Source of the DNA: Rebecca billardiae RCC1528
Lineage: Eukaryota; Protista; Haptophyta
Direction of reading: 5' to 3'
DNA length: 64,000 nt
Assembly: GCA_965240325.2 (NCBI GenBank)
Contig: OZ251230.1
Span: forward strand, 2,356,001-2,420,000
Numbering within the stretch: the first letter of the stretch is position 1; every line of letters starts with the position of its first letter. The notes beneath the pieces are model-generated. The model was given only the letters and a program-made list of their open reading frames with translations, did no database searches and was not told the DNA's origin. Shown piece after piece: positions 9,996 to 20,201 of this stretch. The position numbers were made by a program, and so were the translations under genes.

Positions 9996-12900
9996 CTACT
10001 TGCCCTTCTTCTTGCTCGCCTTCTTACTTTCGCTCTCCGTCGCCTGCTCCTGCAGCGCGCTGAGCGTGGTCGTCACCTTGTTGACCGCCGACTGCGCAGC
10101 CTCGCGATTCTTCGTGGCCTTGCCCAGCGCGACCGACTTGGCCCGCGACGCGAAGTTGAGCGAGTTGATCGTCTCCTTCACGTTGTACTGCGCCGGGCTC
10201 ACGTTGACGAACCTGCCCGGCACACACGCCAGCGCGCGAGTGCGCACGTGCGTGAGCGCGCATGCGCGCGCGGCCGTGTGGCGGCTGTGCGCCGCGCGCG
10301 CGCGCGCGCGGTGGCGCGCACATGAGCGTCTTCGAGTTGCCGCCCAGGCTGTCCTGCAGGAGGTACGTGAGCTTCGAGTCGCGGTACGGCACGTGCTTCT
10401 CGCCGTTCGCCAGCGCGGCGATCACCGTGCCGAGCGTCGTCAGCGACTTGTTGATCGCCGCGCCCTCCTTGGCCTGCTGGCCCGTCGCGTGCGACTGCGC
10501 GCAGCGCGCAGTCGAGCGGGCCGCGCGCGCATCGGGGCGGGCGGAGGGGGATGAGGCGGCGCGCAGCCGCGCGGGCGGCGCGCGCGCGCGCGCGGCTTCC
10601 CCCGCGCCGCACCTTCGCCAGCCGCTCCGAGCCCGCCAGGTCGACGAGCGACAGCTTGCCGACCCACGTCTCCCCGGCCTCGTTGGTCGTTCGCGCGACG
10701 AGCGTGACCACCATGTGTGAGCGAGACGAGTGCTCGTTCAGGTCGGTGACGGCCTTCTTGCGGTTCTCGTTGCCTGCGCCGCGGCGGGGGGCGCGTTACC
10801 GCGGCACGCGCGCGCGCGCGCACGCACACGCCCTTGTGTGAGTGCCCCGCCCTTGTCCGCGCGACGCGGCGCGCGCGCGCGGCGACCCCGAGGGCGCGGG
10901 CGCGCGCTCGCGGGCGCGCGCTCGCACCGTTGGAGATGAGATTGCGCACGTGCGAGGCGGTGTGGACGTTGATCGACGTGCAGTCCTTGACGTACATGCC
11001 GAGCATCGTGTCCTTGAGGATCTCGTACTTCTTGCCCGAGTGGTCCTGCGCACGGCGCGAGAGATTGCGGGCGCTCACACGGCCGGTCACGCGCGCGCGC
11101 GCGCGCGCGCGGCGCCCACGCCGCGAGCCCGCGCGCGCGCACGGCTGCGCGCGCGTGCGCGCACCTCGCTCGGATCGGCGAGCAGGTCCTTGACCTGCTC
11201 GTTGTAGATCTCGACCATGCCGAGGTACAGCTCGGTCTGCAGCCCCTGCTCCGTCCGCTCCGCCGCCACCTCGAACAGCCGCGAGACCGCACGGTACGTG
11301 AGCCCGGGCTGCTCGCCCTCGCCCTCCATCGTGTACGTCTTGCCCGACCCCGACTGGCCGTATGCGAAGATGCACACGTTGTAACCGTCGAGCACGGAGG
11401 TCATGAGCGGCTCGGTGTCGCGGAAGACGTCCTCCTGCGTCGAGGCCGCGCCGTACACCATGTTGAACTCGAACCGCCGCGTCGGGTTCCGCGTGTCGTC
11501 CTTGTCCGTCACGATCATGTTGGTCTCGTCCGGCGTCGCGACCGCGACGCCGTTCGAGCCGTCAACGGCGAGCTCCTGCTTGTTGGGCGGCCGTACTCGG
11601 CAGTACACGCGCAGGTTGCCGACCATCTCCTGCAGCTGGTTGTGCAGCGCCTTGCGCAGGAAGAACTCGTTCCCGTACTTCCGCGCGAACTCGGTCGCGC
11701 GGTCCTCCGCCGCCGCGAGCTCCTTCTTCGCCTGCTCGAGCTGCGACTGCAGTGTGCCGACCGAGTTAGCCATGCGCTCGTTGGCGTCGTCGAGCGATGC
11801 CTGCAGCCGCTCGCGCTCGGCGCGCAGCTCGGCGACCTCGGCGGAGAGCTTGTCCTCCTGCTCGTGCAGCTCGGTGGCGAGCTTCTCGGCCTCCTCGCGC
11901 GCCTCCTTCATCGCCTCGTCCGCCTGCTCCCGCGCCTTCTGCTCCTTCTTCAGCGCGCCCTTCGCGTCCCGCAGCATGGCCGCCGTCTCGTCCAGCTGAT
12001 ACTGCGCACTCTCCAGCTGCTCCGAGAGCTGTGTCGACCGCTGCTCGGCAGAGGCGGAGGCGTCGGCGAGCGCGCGCTCGGCGGTGCTCGAGCGCTCGTC
12101 GAGCTCGGCGGAGAGCCGGTCGCGCTCGGTCGAGAGCTCCGAGAGCGCCGCCTGCAGCTTCTCCAGCTCGGCGGAGGAGGCGCCCCGGTCGGAGCGAGCG
12201 GCGGCGAGCTCGGCGGCGAGCGCCTCGCGAGCGTCTGTTGCGGCGCGCGCCTCCGCGCTCGCGCGCTCGGCGTCCGAGCGCGCGGTGGCGAGCTGCTGCG
12301 CGAGCTCGAGGCGCTCCTGCTCGGAGACCTTCTGCCCGCCGCGCGCCGACATCTGCAGCTCGAGCTCGTACTTGTTCCGCTCGGACATCGACGCCTCCCA
12401 CTTCGCTCGCAGCTCGTCCGCCGCTCGCTTCTGATTAGCCAGTGCCTCGCGCAGGGCCGCGAGCTCCTGCGACGAGCCGCCGCCGCCGCCGGAGGCGCGC
12501 AGCGTGTCGAGCTCGGCGGCGAGCGCGTTCTTGGAGGAGACGTCGGCCTCCCACTGCGCCTTCCACCGCGCCGCCGCCTGCTGCGCCTCGGCCAGCTCCT
12601 CCGCGCGCGCCTGCAGGTCGAAGGCGAGCTTCTCAGACGCCTTGCGGTGTTCGGAGTGCGCCGCGGTGAGCTGCGCGCTCAGCTCGCGCCGCGTCTTCTC
12701 GGCCTCCTCCGCCTTGAGGTCGGCGGCGGCGAGGGCCTCGGCGAGGCGCTGCTTCATCGACTCCACGTCGCCCGCCTTCGCGTCCAGCCGGCCCTCCACC
12801 TCCGCCCGCTTCGCCGTCGCGCGCGCGTGCTCCGCCTCCATCGCGGCGCGCGCGGCAATCTCCTTCTCCGCCTGCGCCCGCCAGTGCGCCGCCGACGCCT

Positions 12901-14351
12901 TCTCGGAGTTGGCGGTGGTCTCGGCGGCCTCCTTGGCGGAGGAGAGGGTCGTGGCGCGCTCGCGCGCGTCGTCCGCCTCCTGCCGCAGCCGCGAGAGCTC
13001 GTCGAGCAGCGCCGCCTTCTCCTCGTCCGCGCCGGACGCAATCTGCATGCACAGCGCGCGCCACTGCTCGGGCGACTGGTCGGCGGCGGGCGGGAGCGCC
13101 GACGAGAGAGCGCCGCCGCCGCCCGCCGCCTGCAGCGCGAGCTGCGCGGCGGCGGCGGCGGAGCCCATGTCGACGGCGGTGCCGTCGCCCTCGGCGTGCC
13201 CCTGCAGCGCCGCCTGCGCCTCGCCCAGCGCGCCGCGCAGCCGCTCGTTGTCCTGCATCGCAATCGACCATTCGGTCTTCCAGCCCTCCGCCTGCATTTG
13301 CAAAATCGCCACCTCCTGCAAAAATAGCTGCGAGTTCACGTCGAGCTGCGACTCGTCCATCCCGCCGAACGCGCCGTAGTACGAGTTGTCGAACCAGTTG
13401 TCCACGCCGCCGCCGTCCGCGCCGTCACCCTGCGTCGCCAGGTCCGCCGACTTGAGCTCCTGCGCTCGCTCGAGGTTGAGCGCGCCCAAGCCGAGCCCCG
13501 TGCCGGCCGCGCCGGCCGCGCCGCCGTTTGCGCCGCCGCCGAGCGGCGGCAGCGCGAGCGACGGCGTGGGCGCGCCGCTGCCGCCGTCGGCCGCGGCGGG
13601 GTGGAGCGAGGGGAGCGCCCGCGGCGGCAGCGGCCCCACCCCCTCCTCCTCCTCCTCCTCCTCCTCGTCCACGCGCCGCGCGCGCGGGCTCTCCGGAATG
13701 GAAGCCCCAGCGGCGCGCGCGAGCGCGCGCGGCGTGCGCGCCGTCCCGTCGTTCCTCCGCATCGGGCCGCCGCGCGGCGTGAAGCCCGAGGCGAGGCCGG
13801 CGAGCGGGCCGGCGGCGTGCAGCATCTTCGGGTTGTTCATGAACAGCGCGCGCGTGCGCGGCGTCTGCCCGCCGTCGCCGCCGCTCCCCGGCACCACCGA
13901 GCCGCGCGGCGTGAACCCTGGCACAGGCTGACCCTGCCGTAGAGCAATCCTTGTCTTGGATTGCTTCTTCTCGATCGGCGCGATCTCCTCCCAGCGGTCG
14001 ACGAGCGCCTTCATCTCGGCCTGCAGCGCGAGGAGCGGCGGGCGCATCTCGTCCGACACCATCGCCGCCGACGCGCCCGCCGTGCGCGGCGTCGCGCCGC
14101 CCGCGAGCTGCGAGCCGAGAAACACATCGATGCGCTTGAGCCAGCCGCGGCAGTCCTGTGACGCCTGTGTCGCCTCGGCTAGGTCCAGGTTTGCGAGCGC
14201 GCCGTCGTCGGAGGCGGAGAGGGCGTGCTTGAGCCGGTCGACGTCCTCCTGCATCACGTCGATCTCCGCGCGGATCGCCACGTCGTTCGTCCCGCCGCCG
14301 CCCCCGCCGCCCCCGCCGCCGCCGCCGAGCAGCGCGGACGCGCCGCCGCCC

Positions 14352-14385
<34 letters not shown>

Positions 14386-17300
14386 CCGCGCCGCCGCCAG
14401 CGTCCAGTCCAGCGGTGAGCTTGGCGTGCGGCTTGGGCAGGTGGTACCCCTCGCGGTCGAGCATGTCGTACGCCTCGACGAACCCCGCCGTCTGCGCGCC
14501 GTCCCCGTACCAGTCCGCCCAGTTCGAGACGAGCTGCAGGATGGTGGAGCGGACGAGAGCTTTCTCGGAAGCGTCCTTCCGCGCGAGGTCGACCAACCGT
14601 CGGATCCACCGCTCCGAGGCGACCTGCTGACGAAACACGGCGTCGCACGCGGGCACGCACCACTCGAGCAGCATGAGCACCGCGAGCGTCGAGCGCGTGC
14701 GCGACTCCTCCGTCGAGCCCGCGCGCAGCCCGTTCTTGAGCACGCGCAGCGCGGCCGAGGCCGAGTGCACCTTGGAGCGGCCGGGTGCCTGCACGAGCGC
14801 CTCGATTTGCACCGCGCACTCGACCACCTCGGTCCACGCCTCGCGCACCGCGGCCTTCATCGCGGTGCCGAGCACCTCCATCATGCGCGACTCGGCCTCG
14901 ACGAGCTGCTCTTCCTCCTCCCCCGAGTCCAGCGCGCCGCCGCCCTCCTCCTCCTCCTCCTCCTCCTCCTCCTCCAGCTTCGATTTGGACTCCGCCTTCG
15001 CCGCCATCTTTTGTGCAAACATCTGCTGCTTCTGAGCCATCAGCTGCTGCGACTCGGCGGAGATGGCGGAGGCGCCGGCGTACTCGTCGTCGTCGTCGGC
15101 GGAGGCGGAGCGCTGCCGCCCGGTCAGGTACCCGCGCGACGCCGCGATCGTCGCCGCGCGCTGGTTGTGCGACGCCGACTTGCCCTTGCGCGCCGTGAGC
15201 AGCGCCGAGCGATTCGCCTGCGCACGCTCCTCCTTCGCCTCGAGCTGCTCTGCGGTTAGTGCGTCCTTCTTGCGCGTGCGCGCGGCGAGCCTCGCCTCCA
15301 TGCGCGAGACGAAGGCCTTGTCGCGCGGGGTCGCGCCCGAGCCGCCGCCGCCGCCGCCGTCACCGCCGCCGCCCGACTTCATGTCCACCTCGATCACGCC
15401 CAATCTGCGGATCTGCGCGAGCACGTCCGCGACCTCCGGCGAGTCCGCGCCGAGCGCGAACGTGAGAACCGACTTTGCTTCCTCCAGCGTCATCTCGGCG
15501 GCCTCGGCCTTGCCCTGCCGGTGGTACGCGGCGCCGAGCGCGGCGAGGTGCCGCCCGACCCGCGCGTGGTCCGGCCCGAGCGCCGCCTTGTCGATCGCGT
15601 ACGCGCGCTTGTACAGCGCGACCGCGTCGTCCTCGCGCCGCTGCGAGACGTAGAGCTGAGCCAATCGGACGAGCGGGTCGACGACGCGCGCGTCCTCGGC
15701 GCCGCAGACGGACTCAATGATGGTGATGGCGTTCATGTAGAGCAGCAGCGCCTCCTTGACGAGGCCGCGCGCCGCGTACCCCTCGCCCAGCTCGGTGAGC
15801 CGCGCGGCGACGGCGGGCAGCACCGTCGTCATCTGCGCGCCCTGCTGCTGCGCCGCGGCCGCGTCGGCGCGCGCACCCTGGAGCTTGGCTCGCGCCTCCG
15901 CGACCTGCGCGCGCAGCTGGTCCGACTCGGCCTGCGCGGAGGCGCGGAGCGTGGCCATCGCCTGCTCGAGCCCCGCGCCCGACTCCACCCCCTGGATCTG
16001 CGCCGAGAGCTCCGCGATCTGCGCCTCGATCCCCGCCGCCTCCTTGTCCGCCGCCGCGCGCGCCGCGGCCACCTGCGCCTTGGCACCCTCGAGCTCGCGA
16101 GCGCACTCGGCCGCATGCTCCTGCTCCTTGCCCACGTTGGCGCGGAGCTCGGCGACGTGCGCCTCGAGCTTGGCGAGCTGCGACGGCTCCGGCGTCATCT
16201 GCTCGAGCATCTCCGCCTGCGCCTCCGACGTCGGCGCCTCGACCGACGCGAGGTCAGCCTGCAGCCGCGTCGCAAGCGCTTTCGGATCGGCCGCGAGCGC
16301 GGCCTCTGGTCGGATCTTGGCGCGCGCCGCGATGCCGGCGAGCTCGAGCGCGGCGGCGGTCTCGTAGAAGTCGGCGCGGTCGGGCGAGACGCAGAGCACG
16401 AGCGCCGCGCGCCCGCCCTCCAGCCCCAGCGCGCCCGAGAGCAGCCGCGTCAGCTTCGAGTCGCGGAACGGCGGGCGGTCCTTCTTGCGCTTCGCCATGT
16501 GAGCGACGGCGCGCTCGAACGCCTTCAGCGAAGTGTTGAGCGCGCAGAAGTCCTCGACGGTGAGGCCGGAGACGCCGGAGACGCGCAGCGGCGGCGGCGG
16601 GGCGAGGTCGACCACGTACAGCACCGGGTACTCCGCCGACTCCGCCTCGATCCGCACCGACGCGATCAAGTGGGAAAGTTCCGCGAACGGGCGCGCGACG
16701 CCCGCGGTCGCTCGCGAGCGCGCAGCCGCCGCGGTCCGCACGAGCGCGTCGAGCTCGGCGACGGCGCGCACGCGCTGCCAGTGGCAGCCGTCGAGGCGCA
16801 CGGCGCCACGCGCGCTCTCGCCCAGCGCCAGCTCGCCGCCGCCCTTCCCCGCGCCCGCCGCACCCGCCGCCGCGAGCGCGTCCGTGAAGCCCTCCAGATA
16901 GAGAAGAGTGAACGACACCTCAACGCCCGCGTCGGGCGGCGCGAGCTTGAGCGCGCGCTCGACGGCGCGGTGGAGCAGGCCGGGCGCGCCGGGCGCGCCG
17001 AAGGCGGTGCTCGTCGTGCCCGCGCCCGCCTGCCCGTAGCACGCGATGCACCCCGCCGCGCCCTCGGCGCTGCCCGCCGTGCCGGCGAGTGCGGCCACAA
17101 CCATCTCATCAACCGCTTGCGCGCTCAGCTCGGCGAGCGAGCGCGGGCCGCCGCCGGGGGCGAAGACGCCGCTCAGCGCGACGGGGCTGCCCTCGGGCTG
17201 GCCGTTGAAGTCGACCACCCACGCCTCACGCCGCTCGGGCGCGACCTCCACGACGCTGCGCGCGGGCGCGGGCGCGCGAGCGCGGCAGCGCGCGTGGCGT

Positions 17301-17806
17301 GGGCATCACGTGTGAGTGCGCGCGCGCGCGCGCGGGTGAGCCGCCGGGCCGCGCACGCCGCGCGCGCGGCGCGAGGGCGAGGCGTGGCACCCGCGCACGC
17401 GCGTGCGCGCGTACCTCGGCCCGGTCTCCGTCGGCTCTCGCACGCGCAGGAAGACGCGCACAGCCTCGAGCGGCTTGCCCTCGCGATCCTCCTCCTCCAG
17501 ATCCGAGGCGGCGGAGGAGGAGGACTTGTTGATCGGGGGCGCGCGCGGCGGCGCGAGGCCGTGCGGAGACTTGGGCGCGCGGCTGCCCGTCGGCGTGCGC
17601 GGCCGAGGCGGCGCCGAGCGGCCGGCGGACGCCGCGCGCTGCCCAGGCGGCGTTGAGTCGGCGTGCGCGCGCGAAGGCGGCCGCTGCGGGCCGGCCGAGG
17701 TCGTGCCCGGCGGTGTCGTGGGCGGCCGGCTGCCCGGTGGCGTCGGTGGGCGTAATCGCCCCTCGCGCGCCGACTTTGGCGTGCCCGAGCGCTTCTGGCT
17801 CGACAT
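9996..17806 (-). CDS. Very large kinesin-14-type protein with degenerate N-terminal motor domain, coiled coil, TPRs, VHS-like domain, coiled coil and intact C-terminal motor. Exons 17806-17415, 17255-11165, 11045-10928, 10773-10613, 10494-10322, 10212-9996
   Basis: C-terminal motor: [72 protein letters not shown]. All five GT-AG introns keep frame. N-terminal domain: [30 protein letters not shown]. Confidence 0.9.
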
Positions 17807-18024
17807 GGCGCCGAGCGGCTCCACACGCCGGCCGACGGTGCCACTGCCACGCTTGGCACAGTTTCCAAACTCGAGCGAGCAGCTGCCACTGTGCAAATAT
17901 GGGCCGTTTGGGATTTTGGCCTGGTCGTTATTCGATCTCGACATCTCGTCCGATCTGCGAAGCGCGTGCGATGGCAGATGAACTACCCGGGAACCAGGTC
18001 CAGTTGCTTGAACGGGGTACGTGA

Positions 18025-19731
18025 ATGATGGCGGATTCGACGACTAGCCCTGCGGTCAGGCTCCTCTTACGCAAGTCGGCGCGTGGGGACGCGCGTGCGA
18101 CGTTCCTTCTGGCGCGGCGGGCTGAGGATGGCGAGGGCATCGCACAGGACCACCGCGAAGCCTTTCGCCTGTACACCCTCGCCGCTGAGCGCAGCTTTGC
18201 AGATGCGCAGTCGAAGATGGGCCACATCTACGTGAACGGCGCGCTTGGGCAGCCAAAGGACCTCGAGGCAGCAGCGCGCTGGTACCGGCTGGCGGCCGAG
18301 CATGGCTACGCTCCGGCGCAGTGCAATCTGGGCCTGCAGTACGCACAAGGCGAGGGCGTGCCGCAGGACTGGGGCGAGGCGGTGCGCTGGTTCCGGCTGG
18401 CGGCCGAGCAGGGCCACGCACTCGCGCAGTGCAATCTGGGCGTGCGGTACGCACGAGGCGAGGGCGTGCCGCAGGACTGGGGCGAGGCTGTGCGCTGGTA
18501 CCGGCTGGCGGCCGAGCAGGGCGACGCTCAGGCGCAGTGCAATCTGGGCGTGCGGTACGCACGAGGCGAGGGCGTGCCGCAGGACTGGGGCGAGGCTGTG
18601 CGCTGGTTCCGGCTGGCGGCCGAGCAGGGCGACGCTCAGGCGCAGTGCAATCTGGGCGTGCGGTACGCACGAGGTGAGGGCGTGCCGCAGGACTTGGGCG
18701 AGGCTGTGCGCTGGTTCCGGCTGGCGGCCGAGCAGGGCCACGCACTCGCGCAGTGCAATCTGGGCGTGCAGTACGCACAAGGCGAGGGCGTGCCGCAGGA
18801 CTGGGGCGAGGCGGTGCGCTGGTACCGGCTGGCGGCCGAGCAGGGCTACGCACTCGCGCAGTGCAATCTGGGCCTGCAGTACGCACAAGGCGAGGGCGTG
18901 CCGCAGGACTGGGGCGAGGCTGTGCGCTGGTTCCGGCTGGCGGCCGAGCAGGGCGACGCTCAGGCGCAGTGCAATCTGGGCGTGCGGTACGCACGAGGCG
19001 AGGGCGTGCCGCAGGACTGGGGCGAGGCTGTGCGCTGGTACCGGCTGGCGGCCGAGCAGGGCGACGCTCAGGCGCAGTGCAATCTGGGCGTGCGGTACGC
19101 ACGAGGCGAGGGCGTGCCGCATGACTGGGGCGAGGCGGTGCGCTGGTTCCGGCTGGCGGCCGAGCAGGGCTACGCACTCGCGCAGTGCAATCTGGGCGTG
19201 CGGTACGCACGAGGCGAGGGCGTGCCGCAGGACTGGGGCGAGGCTGTGCGCTGGTACCGGCTGGCGGCCGAGCAGGGCGACGCTCAGGCGCAGTGCAATC
19301 TGGGCGTGCGGTACGCACAAGGCGAGGGCGTGCCGCAGGACTTGGGCGAGGCTGTGCGCTGGTACCGGCTGGCTACGCAGGGAGGGAGCGCATATGGGCA
19401 CTTTCGGCTTGGAGAGCTGACGCTGCACGGCACGGTAGTGGAGCGTGACGTGGAGGAGGCAGCTCGGCTGTTGCACCGTGGCCAAGAGCTCGATCCAGCC
19501 CTCGGAGACAGTGTACGCGAGGTCCTGGCCGTGGAGGCTGGGGAGCGTGACGTGGTCTCCACGTGCTGCATCGCCTGCGGACGGACAGGCCGTGGTCTCA
19601 AGAAGTGCGAGCGGTGCCATGTGGCGGTCTTCTGCTCGCGTGAGCACCTGCGCAGCTCGTGGAAGGTGCACAAGCCCCACTGCAACGCGTGGGCTTCGCA
19701 GTGCGATGAGGACTCCGAGGAGGCAAGGTGA
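18025..19731 (+). CDS. Sel1-like repeat protein with C-terminal MYND zinc finger (copy 1; 10 near-identical 36-aa repeats)
   Basis: Repeat unit AQCNLGxxYAxGEGVPQDWGEAVRWxRLAAEQG with 108-bp period. C-terminus CIAC-x9-CERC-x5-CSREH-x4-WKVHKPHC. Confidence 0.92.
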   Translation: MMADSTTSPAVRLLLRKSARGDARATFLLARRAEDGEGIAQDHREAFRLYTLAAERSFADAQSKMGHIYVNGALGQPKDLEAAARWYRLAAEHGYAPAQCNLGLQYAQGEGVPQDWGEAVRWFRLAAEQGHALAQCNLGVRYARGEGVPQDWGEAVRWYRLAAEQGDAQAQCNLGVRYARGEGVPQDWGEAVRWFRLAAEQGDAQAQCNLGVRYARGEGVPQDLGEAVRWFRLAAEQGHALAQCNLGVQYAQGEGVPQDWGEAVRWYRLAAEQGYALAQCNLGLQYAQGEGVPQDWGEAVRWFRLAAEQGDAQAQCNLGVRYARGEGVPQDWGEAVRWYRLAAEQGDAQAQCNLGVRYARGEGVPHDWGEAVRWFRLAAEQGYALAQCNLGVRYARGEGVPQDWGEAVRWYRLAAEQGDAQAQCNLGVRYAQGEGVPQDLGEAVRWYRLATQGGSAYGHFRLGELTLHGTVVERDVEEAARLLHRGQELDPALGDSVREVLAVEAGERDVVSTCCIACGRTGRGLKKCERCHVAVFCSREHLRSSWKVHKPHCNAWASQCDEDSEEAR

Positions 19732-20057
19732 ACTTCGGACACTACAGTTATTTACTAATAAGACGAATATAAGCGAGACGCGGCACACAGCAGCTGTACT
19801 CAGTATTCTCGACGGCGGTACTACTGGTAGTAGCTATAACTATATAGTCCGCTAGACGGTGCCTGCTAACGCCATGTCATGTCTCACTCGGCTGCTCCGG
19901 TCTCGGCTGAGCCATCACTAAGACACTACCAGTCGTCAAATGAGTTACGGTTATTGTATCATTATCAATAATAACGACAATATTATTCATCAGCAATCTG
20001 CTGCTAACTAGTCGTGCTATAGTACAGTTTTACTTATATAGCGCAGTATAGCGCTAT

Positions 20058-20201
<144 letters not shown>

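Noticed and set aside
18056-19788. Long antisense and alternate-frame ORFs over the Sel1 arrays (also over tubulin, kinesin and others)
   Set aside because: Shadow ORFs caused by high GC and in-frame repeats; Arg/Ala/Pro-rich with no motifs.
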